NCBI GenBank assembly: GCA_937871285.1
Contig: CALMQS010000124.1
Coordinates: forward strand, 2,233-66,232
DNA length: 64,000 nucleotides
From: an uncultured Sphingobacteriales bacterium
Lineage (GTDB): Bacteria > Bacteroidota > Bacteroidia > Chitinophagales > Chitinophagaceae
Direction: 5' to 3'
Part shown: positions 9,031 through 19,078 of the stretch, piece after piece
Position numbering within the stretch: the stretch's first letter is position 1
Layout: each line of letters begins with the position of its first letter
The notes under the pieces: model-generated
What the model was told of the DNA's origin: nothing
Seen by the model: the letters and a program-made list of their open reading frames with translations, nothing else
The model's database searches: none
Translations under genes and position numbers: made by a program

Positions 9031-9495
9031 CTAGTGCTCATGTTCATGCTCACCGCTGCCATCTCCGGCTTTAACGGTTATATTTTCATCCAGAGCAGCT
9101 ACCTGGCCTTCCTGATCCGTAACTTTAAGATGGAAACTATAGGCCCCGATAGCCTCTCCTTCGGGAATTACAGGGTAATCCTGAAATCCGGGTACTTCTT
9201 TCCTGCCCACATAATCTCCTTCGTATACCTTGCTAAGGCTAAATATTCCATAGCCACTTTCCTGGTATATCTCCAGCTCAATTTTTTTTATTCGCCCGGG
9301 CACCTTGATATTAACTTCAAAATGTCCTTCCTCGCCTAAATAAAAAATGCCATCTTCCTCCGCCTCATGAATTCCCAGGTGAACCACCTCTATTGTTGGA
9401 GCTGCCGGTTTTTCCTTTTCCTTACTGCATGATGAAAATAAAAGCAGCAATGCCCCCGCAAGCAGTAAATTCCATAATGATTTTTTGTTTTGCAT
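9031..9495 (-). CDS. DUF4625-like lipoprotein with C-terminal HEHEH
   Basis: Lipobox FSSC; IP...IGAYSFHLKVTDQEG motif; His-rich tail. Confidence 0.7.
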   Translation of the reverse strand: MQNKKSLWNLLLAGALLLLFSSCSKEKEKPAAPTIEVVHLGIHEAEEDGIFYLGEEGHFEVNIKVPGRIKKIELEIYQESGYGIFSLSKVYEGDYVGRKEVPGFQDYPVIPEGEAIGAYSFHLKVTDQEGQVAALDENITVKAGDGSGEHEHEH

Positions 9496-9571
9496 GTTAA
9501 AATAATTTGGTGGGATAAATCCCGGTTATCAGCCCAATCATTTATGAGCTTTTCATAGGGGGAAAAAAGCG

Positions 9572-9615
9572 AAAAACATCACCTGCCGGGCAGCGCCGGA
9601 ACAGGTGATATTTTT
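9572..9615 (-). terminator. Intrinsic terminator after susD
   Basis: AAAA(C/T)ATCACCTG ... CAGGTGAT(A/G)TTTTT inverted repeat with T tracts on both strands. Confidence 0.75.
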
Positions 9616-9646
9616 GTGCGCTTAAAACGTTGATGCAAAAGCAATA

Positions 9647-11365
9647 TTAGTATCCCGGGTTCTGGGCAATTCCCAAATCGTTGCCCGACAATCCTTTCGG
9701 AATAGGGAAACGATAGAACTTGCCGCTAATATTTTGTGTTTTTGAACGGAGATGCTTATGCACTTTCGCGAAAAACGGGTAATTTGTTTTAACACTTCCC
9801 GCGGTACCATCACTTTCAGGACCAAACTTAGCAGCAATAGATTCTACAGAACTGTAATCATCCTTGTAGTACTCGAATTCCGGTACATCTGTAAGTATGG
9901 TATTAACCAATTTTCTCCAACGTACCAGGTTAGACCAATGTCTTTGCTCAAAATACAGCTCGAGATACCACTCTTTTTCCAGGTGATCCTGTGTAATTGT
10001 ACTGTATTCACTTACCCCCGCTCTGCGCCTTAATTGATTAATTACCTGTGCTGCTTCAGTTGCTTTACCTAATTGAAGCAGTGCTTCGGCTTTGATCAGC
10101 AAAACTTCGGCATAGCGGATTTCAATGCGGTTCATATTATTGGGCTGGGCCGCTTCTGAACCCGGGGCAACATCCGTGAGTTTTGCATTACGGTGCACAA
10201 ACTTGCCAATACGTGGTGAAGTAACCGGGAATATATAGTCATATTCTTTATAGTCCGTTGCTTTTGTTGCAGGTGATGCAACCGGTTCATCCTGGTTATA
10301 CAATTTTGTGAAAAGTGAATAATGCTTACGTTTATCATTATCCGGGAAACGGTTAACTAATGAAACATCAGCCGGGCCGATATGGTTATCCTGATAAAGA
10401 TCAAAACGGAAAGTGAACGGGCAGTGCGTTTGGTGATTGCCCTGTGCATCACCCAGGCCGTCTCCATCATGATGAATGGTGAAAATATGTTCAGGCGATT
10501 TGTTTTCAGCGGGCACACCGAAATTACTTTCAAAATTATCTTCCAGCCTGTAGTTACCGCTATTGATCACTTTATCGGCATACTCAACGGCTTTCTGCAG
10601 TTTGGCTGCGTCCCAGGCAGCGGCTGCGGGGTCTGACTTACCGCCTGCGATGGCAGCCACTTCAGTTTGTGATAGCGGCTTACTTGCCCATGCCAGGTAT
10701 GCTCTTGCCAAAAGCGCATTGGCAGCGCCTTTGCTTGGGTTAGAACGGATCACATCGTATCCCGGCAAGGCAGCTTCAGCTTCTGTAAAATCTTTTACGA
10801 TTTGTGTGTACACTTCATCAATAGACTTACGGGATGTTTGTTCGGCCGAAGACGGAGTTGAAGTTAATATGAGCGGTACCTCACCCCAAAGATTTACAAG
10901 ATAAGCATAACCCTGTGCACGGATGAATTTTGCCCTCGCTCTTGCCAGGTCTATACTGGACTGGCTCAAATTATTACCGGCACTGCTGGAGTCGGCTTTA
11001 CCTATCGTTCTGTTGGCTTCACCTATACTCACATACAGATAATTGAAGATTTTTGTAGGATACCAGTTATTGACATCTGTCTTTAGCTGGCTCACCAATG
11101 GTCCGTCTGCATCATCAGCACCTTCAAAACTGATTGTATGCTCACTGGTAGATTCCAAAAGAAATGAAAACGAAGAGCTCAATCTTTGCCAGGGCGGGAA
11201 AGCAGCATTGGCTGTTGCCAATGCTTCCTGGTCGGTTTTCCAAACTGATTCTCCTGTAATTACGTCCGGAGGATTTCCTCCTGTTGTATCCTTTTTGCAG
11301 GAGTAGCCTGCCAAAGAACCAACTGCAATAGCTGTAATAGCTAACTGTTTAAGGGATTTTGTCAT
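9647..11365 (-). CDS. SusD/RagB-family lipoprotein (Met/Cys-poor)
   Basis: Lipobox GYSC; WGEVPL; RYAEVLLIKAEA; QNPGY end; only 2 Met and 2 Cys in 572 aa. Confidence 0.95.
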   Translation of the reverse strand: MTKSLKQLAITAIAVGSLAGYSCKKDTTGGNPPDVITGESVWKTDQEALATANAAFPPWQRLSSSFSFLLESTSEHTISFEGADDADGPLVSQLKTDVNNWYPTKIFNYLYVSIGEANRTIGKADSSSAGNNLSQSSIDLARARAKFIRAQGYAYLVNLWGEVPLILTSTPSSAEQTSRKSIDEVYTQIVKDFTEAEAALPGYDVIRSNPSKGAANALLARAYLAWASKPLSQTEVAAIAGGKSDPAAAAWDAAKLQKAVEYADKVINSGNYRLEDNFESNFGVPAENKSPEHIFTIHHDGDGLGDAQGNHQTHCPFTFRFDLYQDNHIGPADVSLVNRFPDNDKRKHYSLFTKLYNQDEPVASPATKATDYKEYDYIFPVTSPRIGKFVHRNAKLTDVAPGSEAAQPNNMNRIEIRYAEVLLIKAEALLQLGKATEAAQVINQLRRRAGVSEYSTITQDHLEKEWYLELYFEQRHWSNLVRWRKLVNTILTDVPEFEYYKDDYSSVESIAAKFGPESDGTAGSVKTNYPFFAKVHKHLRSKTQNISGKFYRFPIPKGLSGNDLGIAQNPGY

Positions 11366-11402
11366 ATTTTCTAATATTTAAGCAATTAATAAATGTATTT
11401 TT

Positions 11403-14400
11403 CTAGTATGAAATATTTACACCAAACAAGAACGTGCGGGGCATCGGATAGGTTCCCAGATCAATACCTGTTGCTACTTCCGGGTTGTAGCCCTTATACC
11501 TTGTAAGGGTTACAGGATTTTGCGCAGTGGCAAATAAACGAACCCGCAATGACGGCAGCTTACGGGAAGCTAACCACGCCTTATCAACAGTGTACCCCAG
11601 CGTTATCGTTCTGATCCGGAGAAAGGAAGCATCTTCCACGTACCGGCTATCCAGCTCCGATGAAAAAGGAGCACTGGTAATCCGCGGTACTGTATTAGAA
11701 GGATTGGCCTCTGTCCATGCGTTCAGCAATGCAGATGAAGCATTATACGCATCATTGGGTCTTTCTAAGTAGCGGCGTAACTGGTTGTATACGCTATTGC
11801 CGCTTGTTCCCTGCAACAAAACAAACAAATCAAAACCGTATGCATTTACCGATGAAGAAAAACCATATATCAGATTTGGCTGTTTACTGCCCAAAACCAC
11901 GCGATCGTTTTGGTCAATATGGCCATCCCTGTTCACATCTCTCAATTTAGGATCTCCGGGTTGCGGTATAGTATAGGATGGACTGGTAGGTAATTTAGAA
12001 ACATCCTCTCCCTTTTGAATTATGCCGTCAAATACCTGTCCGTAAAATGAGCCTAAAGGTTCGCCAACACGCAAAATCTCCACTCCCAGTATTCTCTCCG
12101 TCAGGTTATTGTACAGGCGGGTAATCTTATTTGTATTATGGGCAACATTGGCGGCTACGGACCATTGAATACGTTTCTTATCTATAACCAAAGCATTTAC
12201 CGACAGTTCCACGCCCTTGTTTTCAAGATTACCTACGTTAACTAATTGTTCATTACTCTGCCCGAGATTCGGGGGAATGCGTATGAGCAGGTCTGAAGTT
12301 TTTTTATGATACACATCAACGGTAGCAGAAATCCGGTTATTCAGGAAACCGGCATCTACCCCAATATTATACTGGGCTGTTGTTTCCCATTTCAGGTTTT
12401 CATTTCCGTTGTTGCCTACACTATATGCCACATTACCTCCATAATACACTGCTTCCAAAAGCTGCAGATACTCATAATCACCAATTTCCTGGTTACCTAC
12501 CTGGCCTGCGCTCAACCGTAATTTTAAATTACTGAGCTGTTGGAAATCCTTCAGGAAGGATTCTTCATTGATATTCCATGCCAGGCCTAAAGAAGGAAAT
12601 ATTCCCCATTTGTGATTTTTGGCAAACCTGGTGGAGTAATCACTTCTGAAATTGGCCGTCAGATGATACCTGTCTAACAACGAGTAATTTACTCTTCCCA
12701 ATAATGAATGCAGCCTACTCTGTGTTGCCCCGCTAAAGATCGGCCTGCTGCCATATGGCTTACCATCCTGTAAATTATTCACACCCAGGTCTTCGTTTGT
12801 AAAGCTTGAGCTCAGGGTTGTAATAAAGTTGTTCCTGGTATGCTGAAAAGTATATCCTGCCAGCGCATCAAAAGTGTGCTTATCGTTTATCCGTTTTGCA
12901 TACGACAAAGTAAATTCAGACAAAAGGATCTCGGTCTTTTTATTACCAATACCTCCCACACCCTGCGGTTCAAGTCCGAGAGCCGTATAGGAAGGTGAAA
13001 AATAATGCTGGGTGGTATACCCTAAATTACTGCCAACACTAACTTTTGCAGTAATGCCGCCCTCCGATTTATACTGGGCATACACGTTTCCCAATATAGA
13101 GGAGTATTCGGTTTGCGCCGTACTTTTTAAAAGGTCGGCTATTGGATTTGCGGTAGTATCTCCTTCTCTTAAATACGCGTATTCAAAAGGATTATTGAGG
13201 TTATATCCGCCGCTGGCATTATAAAATGGCAATACCGGCGGCATATACAAAGCGTACGTCAGCGAATTGGTAATACCTGCAGAATAGGGAGAGCTGTTAT
13301 AATTTACAGCTTCAAAAGTAGTGAGCGTATTTTGGGTGCTTTTACTACCTGTGAGGTTTACACCTATTTTCAACCCGGGCAATAAAGTACGATCATAATT
13401 TGCCCGGCCAACAAATCGCTTGAAGCCGGAGTTAAGCACTACACCCTCCTGGTTTAAATAATTACCGGAAAGAAAATACTGCGATTTTTCATCACCGCCG
13501 CTAATGGAAAGCGCATGGTTCTGCGTGGTACCTGTTTGCAACACTGCCTTTTGCCAGTTGTATCCCTGGCCCAGTTGTGCAATCTCCTGGTCGCTATAGC
13601 CGGGTTTGTTAAGGAAATAATCTTTCTGCAAGCGGGCCCATTGTGTTGCATTGAGCAGATCCAGTTGTTTGGCTGAATTGGCTGCTCCAAAAGAATATTG
13701 ATAGTCAATTAAACTTCCGCCTTTCTTACCCTTCCTGGTAGTGATCAGTATAACGCCATTGGATCCGCGTGAACCATAAATAGCCGTTGCCGACACATCC
13801 TTCAGCACCTCGATGGATTCTATATCGGAAGGATTGAGAAAGGAAAGCGGATTAAGCTCACCTTCAATTCCTCCTAAACCAACTTTTGTTGAAGCATTAT
13901 CACTGAAATACAGGAATCCGTCAATTACAAATAAAGGATTATTACTCGCATTTACAGAGTTCCCTCCCCTGATGCGAATGGTTGACGGTGCACCAGGCTG
14001 TCCGGATCCCTGTGTTACGTTTAAGCCCGCTACGGCTCCTCCAAGCAAACCATCAATGGTAGGAGATACATTATATTCTAAAATTTTCTTCGAAACTGAG
14101 GTCACAGCTCCAGTAAGGTCTTTACGCCGCTGTGTACCATATCCTACAACAACCACTTCATTCAATTCATTGATATGCTGAGATAAAGAAATGGTAACAG
14201 GATTATTTACCGAGCGTAATGCTTCTTCACCTGGTTTATAACCAACAGAAGTTATTACCAGCGTTACAGGGAAAGCCTTTACTGACTGAAGTGAAAAAAA
14301 ACCTTTTGTATCACTTAAAACCTTGTTATCGGTTCCTTTTTCACTTATAACTGCACTAATTACCGGTTCATTCGTTTTGCTGTCTATAATATAACCTTCA

Positions 14401-14495
14401 ACAATATGGTTTTGTGCCTGCAGCACTGAAAAACAAAGAAAGAGACCTGTAAATAACCATATTTTTTTTATACACACCCTAAAAAGAAAACTCAT
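11403..14495 (-). CDS. SusC/RagA-family TonB-dependent transporter (Met/Cys-poor)
   Basis: VVVVGYGTQ; LNPSDIESIEVLKDVSATAIYGSRGSNGVILITT; LKWETT; 3 Met, and both Cys in the signal peptide. Confidence 0.97.
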   Translation of the reverse strand: MSFLFRVCIKKIWLFTGLFLCFSVLQAQNHIVEGYIIDSKTNEPVISAVISEKGTDNKVLSDTKGFFSLQSVKAFPVTLVITSVGYKPGEEALRSVNNPVTISLSQHINELNEVVVVGYGTQRRKDLTGAVTSVSKKILEYNVSPTIDGLLGGAVAGLNVTQGSGQPGAPSTIRIRGGNSVNASNNPLFVIDGFLYFSDNASTKVGLGGIEGELNPLSFLNPSDIESIEVLKDVSATAIYGSRGSNGVILITTRKGKKGGSLIDYQYSFGAANSAKQLDLLNATQWARLQKDYFLNKPGYSDQEIAQLGQGYNWQKAVLQTGTTQNHALSISGGDEKSQYFLSGNYLNQEGVVLNSGFKRFVGRANYDRTLLPGLKIGVNLTGSKSTQNTLTTFEAVNYNSSPYSAGITNSLTYALYMPPVLPFYNASGGYNLNNPFEYAYLREGDTTANPIADLLKSTAQTEYSSILGNVYAQYKSEGGITAKVSVGSNLGYTTQHYFSPSYTALGLEPQGVGGIGNKKTEILLSEFTLSYAKRINDKHTFDALAGYTFQHTRNNFITTLSSSFTNEDLGVNNLQDGKPYGSRPIFSGATQSRLHSLLGRVNYSLLDRYHLTANFRSDYSTRFAKNHKWGIFPSLGLAWNINEESFLKDFQQLSNLKLRLSAGQVGNQEIGDYEYLQLLEAVYYGGNVAYSVGNNGNENLKWETTAQYNIGVDAGFLNNRISATVDVYHKKTSDLLIRIPPNLGQSNEQLVNVGNLENKGVELSVNALVIDKKRIQWSVAANVAHNTNKITRLYNNLTERILGVEILRVGEPLGSFYGQVFDGIIQKGEDVSKLPTSPSYTIPQPGDPKLRDVNRDGHIDQNDRVVLGSKQPNLIYGFSSSVNAYGFDLFVLLQGTSGNSVYNQLRRYLERPNDAYNASSALLNAWTEANPSNTVPRITSAPFSSELDSRYVEDASFLRIRTITLGYTVDKAWLASRKLPSLRVRLFATAQNPVTLTRYKGYNPEVATGIDLGTYPMPRTFLFGVNISY

Positions 14496-14631
14496 ATTGC
14501 AGTAGTTAAAAATTTTAATTCAATGTTTTATCAGTGGAACATATTTATCATCAGGCGAAAAAAATCTTTTGAAAAACGGATTGCTATCATTAAATAAACA
14601 GGCGGTAACAACAATTCATTCTACAAATTCT

Positions 14632-14658
14632 ATTAGTCCACAAAATTAGTAGACTATA
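14632..14658. promoter_or_regulatory. Palindromic operator copy in the susC leader
   Basis: ATTAGTCCAC-AAAATTA-GTAGACTATA; no matching -7 box found next to it. Confidence 0.65.
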
Positions 14659-14727
14659 ATTAAATACCAAAATTTTTTTTAACCTCATTACAATAAATTT
14701 TCTGAATCTTTACATAAACCATAACCC

Positions 14728-14805
14728 TTAAGGATTGTCGCCGAAGTAATGAAAATAACTTAAAACATGGTTAGTATTACTACAACGAATTGTAGTAATA
14801 AACAT
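14728..14805 (-). CDS. Candidate leader peptide MFITTIRCSNTNHVLSYFHYFGDNP
   Basis: TIRCS motif resembles TLRCS at 21422-21469; an 11-bp TTCG-loop hairpin (14775-14800) is centred on the Ile-Arg codons and its 3' arm carries the Cys codon. Confidence 0.4.
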   Translation of the reverse strand: MFITTIRCSNTNHVLSYFHYFGDNP

Positions 14806-14863
14806 GATTCAAACGTGATAAAAATCAATTAAACATCATCACTTACGGGGATAAAAGGCATAG

Positions 14864-14938
14864 CTATAAAGCTAAAGTGGACATCAGCCACAAAGGACAT
14901 CGTGACATGGAATAGTCAATATGGTTACTACGCTTCAT
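14864..14938 (-). CDS. Candidate leader peptide MKRSNHIDYSMSRCPLWLMSTLAL
   Basis: ATG 9 nt after the -7 box; contains RC and 3 Met. Confidence 0.35.
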   Translation of the reverse strand: MKRSNHIDYSMSRCPLWLMSTLAL

Positions 14939-14947
14939 AATTAAATG

Positions 14948-14992
14948 CAAAACTATATTATTTATATTAGTCTACAAATATTATAGACTAAT
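14948..14992 (-). promoter_or_regulatory. Sigma70-type promoter (-7 TAGTTTTG at 14948-14955, -33 TTTG at 14975-14978) with operator 14966-14992, driving susCD
   Basis: ATTAGTCTAC-AAATATT-ATAGACTAAT; 19-nt spacer. Confidence 0.78.
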
Positions 14993-15133
14993 TTATTTTT
15001 ATTTTTTTTAAAAGGATACAGGCGTCATTTAAACCAGGAATGTCCAAACAATTGCTTTCCATCGCCTGCATTAGCTATCATACCTGAATATCCGATGACA
15101 GGGCTAAACCAGTATAACAATTAATCCGTTGGT

Positions 15134-17749
15134 TTATAATGTAAATTTTGCGCCCGCATAAACCATCCTGCCAGCTACCGGCCCCCAAACCAAGGAAGCA
15201 TCGAAATATTTACCGAAAGGATTTTCCGCATCAAGGATCAGCATCTTTTGCCTGTAACCGGTTAAATTTTCGCCACCGGTATATATCTCCCATTTTTTAC
15301 CGAATTTCCTGGTTACCTGGGCCATCATTTGAATGAAAGCAGGCGAATAATCACTAAGGCGTAAACCTTCGGGATTTGAAGCCGTATAGGGTATCCGTTT
15401 TCTGCCATACCACTGTGTGGTATAATCGAATTTCCATTTATCTGAAATTTTATACTCAAAATTTATAAAGGCCCTATGCTTAGATATGAGTGGCTTTTCC
15501 TGCAATGCTCCCTGGTAATCCGTTTTTACATCAAGCCACCTGTAAGCGAGCCGCAGATCAAGTTTCTTTAACAGCTCATAATTCAATTCTACCTGGATAT
15601 TGTTTGAATATGATTTTCCATCAAGATTATAGAAGTTTAATTCCCGCGGGGTTGCATCAAAATCAACAACGGTTTGATTGATAAAATCTGTTCTGTACGC
15701 ATCTATACTTACAATACCGGCACGTTCGTACAACCTGAAGGAATGAAGAAAGTTGATGCCCACTGTCCAGGCTTTTTCGGGGTCAAGACCGTAACCAAAA
15801 CTCTGCGTTGGATTTATTACCCGGTATTGTCTTGAGCTTACAAATGCTGCGGTATTCTCCGAAAAAATATTGGCCATTCGGAAACCCGATCCTGCAGAAA
15901 TACGAACGTTGGTTTTTTCTGTAAAATCATATTTTAAGTTAAGTCTTGGAGTGGTAATCCATCCAAAGTAATTGTGATGATCTGCACGTAATCCGGCAAT
16001 TACAGACAGGTTAAATGGTGTGGTATAAGTGTATTCAAAAAAGGCTCCCGGTATTATTTCATTACGGGTGTACAGGAATGTTTCACCTGATGTGCCGGGT
16101 TCCCCATGATCATGCCCGGGTTCACCCGGCTCATCCGTATGACCGGTGTGATCAGCGGTATATATTTCACGATAATTTTCATTGCTGAAGCTTACCCCCG
16201 TTCTGTATTTGTGTGCGGTTGTGCCAATGATGGACTGATAAATAAAGTTGGCATAAATGTTTTTCTGATTACCTGTATAGGTATTTATTCCATATACAGA
16301 TTCATTATTGTAAATGTTGCCGGAAAAAACGAATCCTATGCTTTTATATTTATGCTGCGGGAACACATAACCCAGTTTCCCGGTTATGGCGTATTGTTCC
16401 GTATTCATATCCACGTTGTAGTGATCGCCGGGTACATCAGCACTGTGATGCGAACCGCGCTGTCCTGCATATCTTTTATCGTTCAGCGCTTTTACAGCAA
16501 ACTGACCAACCCATCCTTCATTATTCATATACTTCCACCGGTTAATAATATTGAACTGCCGTCCTCCAGGCATATCAACAAACCCATCATGATTTCCATC
16601 ATGCCTCCATACAACAGCGTCGGTATGGCTCAACAGCGCAGTGCTCCATTTGTCATTTAACCTTTGTGTAAAATTAATATTGCCTTCAACCCGCCCCATA
16701 CTGTTAACATAACTATTTACCAGTAAGCGCCCGGCATCGTCTGGTTTTTTCTCTTCAACATTTATTTGTCCTGCAATGCTTTCATAACCATTTACCACGG
16801 AGCCCACTCCCTTGGTTATTTGTATGCTTTCAATCCAGGGACCAGGGATAAAGGTAAGCCCATAGCTACCCGGAAGACCTTTTAATTCCGGTACATTTTC
16901 GGTAAGTAACTGGGTATAAATGCCCGACAGTCCCAGTAATTGTATTTGCTTTATGCCGGTAACCGCATCTGAATAGCTTACGTCAACGGAAGGGCTGGTT
17001 TCAAAACTTTCAGAGAGGTTACAGCAGGCTGCTTTTGATAATTCAGCAGCGCCAAGGTTTACAGTATTATACACATTACGCAATGTTAGGTAGGCAGGCG
17101 CTTTTCTTGATGTTATTGTTACGCCCTTCAGGTTAACGGATGCCGCATTCTTTAATGTAAGCGTAATGAAATCTGTATTTGTTATGGTTATGGTATCCGG
17201 TGTCAATTCCGTGTAGCTTATAATTACAGGTGCAGGAACTGTAGATTGAAATTGAAACACACCGGTGCTGTCGGTAATAAAGCGCTCCCCCGAATGAAGA
17301 TTCTTTACGGTAGCGCCTGCTACCGGATAAATTTTTCCTTTAACTGTTTCTTCAAGTATTACGCCAGATATGCTATGTAATATATGCTTTGGATCAGCTT
17401 TGTTTGTTCTCTGGTAATGACAGCATGAAGGCAGTGTTTTATATACTTCCTCAGACGCTTTAAACAATTCATTATCATGTCCCGCCTCCGCAATTTTTTG
17501 CTGAATGAGGATTTTAGATGTTACCGTGCTGTCAAATTCAACCAGGAGTTGATTTGTTTTACTATTCCATGTAGCACGGGCGGTAGATTTGAGCCCCAGC
17601 GCCGACTGCTCTATCCGTTCCTTACACATTTCGCAATTACCTGATACCCGGAAAGTTTCAGTAATTACATTATGAGTCTGGGCAACAGATCCCAAACTGA
17701 AAAGCATACATGTAATGCCTGTATATATATATTTATTATTTCGTATCAT
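15134..17749 (-). CDS. TonB-dependent receptor with N-terminal heavy-metal-associated (HMA) domain
   Basis: VSGNCEMCKERIE HMA motif; LPSCCHY; KAACCNLSESFETSPSVDVSYSDAVTG plug; internal His-rich loop. Confidence 0.9.
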   Translation of the reverse strand: MIRNNKYIYTGITCMLFSLGSVAQTHNVITETFRVSGNCEMCKERIEQSALGLKSTARATWNSKTNQLLVEFDSTVTSKILIQQKIAEAGHDNELFKASEEVYKTLPSCCHYQRTNKADPKHILHSISGVILEETVKGKIYPVAGATVKNLHSGERFITDSTGVFQFQSTVPAPVIISYTELTPDTITITNTDFITLTLKNAASVNLKGVTITSRKAPAYLTLRNVYNTVNLGAAELSKAACCNLSESFETSPSVDVSYSDAVTGIKQIQLLGLSGIYTQLLTENVPELKGLPGSYGLTFIPGPWIESIQITKGVGSVVNGYESIAGQINVEEKKPDDAGRLLVNSYVNSMGRVEGNINFTQRLNDKWSTALLSHTDAVVWRHDGNHDGFVDMPGGRQFNIINRWKYMNNEGWVGQFAVKALNDKRYAGQRGSHHSADVPGDHYNVDMNTEQYAITGKLGYVFPQHKYKSIGFVFSGNIYNNESVYGINTYTGNQKNIYANFIYQSIIGTTAHKYRTGVSFSNENYREIYTADHTGHTDEPGEPGHDHGEPGTSGETFLYTRNEIIPGAFFEYTYTTPFNLSVIAGLRADHHNYFGWITTPRLNLKYDFTEKTNVRISAGSGFRMANIFSENTAAFVSSRQYRVINPTQSFGYGLDPEKAWTVGINFLHSFRLYERAGIVSIDAYRTDFINQTVVDFDATPRELNFYNLDGKSYSNNIQVELNYELLKKLDLRLAYRWLDVKTDYQGALQEKPLISKHRAFINFEYKISDKWKFDYTTQWYGRKRIPYTASNPEGLRLSDYSPAFIQMMAQVTRKFGKKWEIYTGGENLTGYRQKMLILDAENPFGKYFDASLVWGPVAGRMVYAGAKFTL

Positions 17750-17857
17750 AACTTAACGGATCTATTCTTATCATTAATAAAGTGGCTTACCGTGGGTGCA
17801 TTTCAAATTGTTGCCGGTTGGTGTAGACACCAACCGGGGCGGTCCACAGGAAGCAAG

Positions 17858-19078
17858 TCAAAGCGGTTTTATTATCTTATAAAAAACCTTTTCCTCATCA
17901 TCCGGTTGTTTTTTACCGGAGAAAGCCACTATAAACTGGTTGCCAAACGGCTTTATTACAGGAAAAGACGCGTAACCGGTGCTGTCTGTTAAATACGTTG
18001 TTAGCATTTTTTTCCCGCACGGAGACCTGATTTCGAGGCCTATGCGATTGCCTTTTGATGCGCTTTCATCCCATACGATCAATTGTTCACCTGCTTTGGC
18101 AACTGCTAACTGGGGGTGTTTGGCGGAAGGCCTGCTACTCACAGCATCTCTTTTTGAAAACGTTTTACCATTGTCTTTTGAAGCTGCATAAAAAACACCA
18201 CTGCCATTTCCCGAAGTATACCAAACAAAAGAAAGACCTTCGGGTGTTTGTGCTATGGCAGGCCCAGTGTGCGGGCAGCCATTGATCACCCAATTATCAG
18301 GACTGATACGTTCAGGCGGCGCGAAGGTATTTCCGTTATCAAAAGAAACGGCATGAACCATATCTCTTATTGAATCATTAATTATTTTCCTGTAAACGGC
18401 ATGCAGGTTTCCCTGCTGATCAGCAAACAGGTCTGTACGGCAGCAGGGGCAAACGGAAATGTCAACAGGCTTTTCATTTTCCAGTTCGCTATTGCTGTCA
18501 AAAGTTGCAAAGTACAGGGTTGAGCCTTCCTTGTCTGTGCTCTTCCGGCTATCGAGCCAGATTACTCCTACCGTGTTATCCTTTAATATTTCTATATCAA
18601 AATAGCGTTGATCAACACTGTTTGTATCCTTACTTAATGTTTTGCGGGTTGTCCAGTTCTTACCCCCGTCTAATGACCAGCTATAATAAACAAGTCCCGA
18701 ATAAGGATTTTCAGGATTGGGATTTGACGCTCCCCAGGCGGCCAAAATTTTTCCGTTTGGAGCTATGATTACCCTGGGTAAATTTTCACCGTGCGGATAT
18801 GCATTATCACTGCCGGGTACCGTTATTGCTGAGCCGAAGTGAGTTCCATTTTCAGATACCGCATAACACAATACAGATGCCGTATCTGAGATATCACGCA
18901 ACCAGCTTATAACCGTTATTCCATCCTTTCCTTTAAACAGGTTGGGGCAGGATCCTGAAAAAGCGCTATCCTTCGCAATTCCCCATTCGTCTGTTGCAAC
19001 CTGCTTCAACTTTTGCTCCCTGGAGTTACAGGATAAGAGAAAAATGAGCAGAAGGCTATACACCGTAAATTTCATCAT
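17858..19078 (-). CDS. BNR/Asp-box (sialidase-like) beta-propeller lipoprotein
   Basis: Lipobox LLSC; Asp boxes SLDGGKNW, SFDNGNTF, SKDNGKTF; VCPCC and GCPHTGP motifs; ATGA overlap with the upstream TBDR. Confidence 0.82.
   Translation of the reverse strand: MMKFTVYSLLLIFLLSCNSREQKLKQVATDEWGIAKDSAFSGSCPNLFKGKDGITVISWLRDISDTASVLCYAVSENGTHFGSAITVPGSDNAYPHGENLPRVIIAPNGKILAAWGASNPNPENPYSGLVYYSWSLDGGKNWTTRKTLSKDTNSVDQRYFDIEILKDNTVGVIWLDSRKSTDKEGSTLYFATFDSNSELENEKPVDISVCPCCRTDLFADQQGNLHAVYRKIINDSIRDMVHAVSFDNGNTFAPPERISPDNWVINGCPHTGPAIAQTPEGLSFVWYTSGNGSGVFYAASKDNGKTFSKRDAVSSRPSAKHPQLAVAKAGEQLIVWDESASKGNRIGLEIRSPCGKKMLTTYLTDSTGYASFPVIKPFGNQFIVAFSGKKQPDDEEKVFYKIIKPL

Noticed and set aside
17858-19078. 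True sialidase within a sialic-acid PUL
   Set aside because: Asp boxes show only the propeller fold. There are no nan genes nearby and no recognisable FRIP motif.
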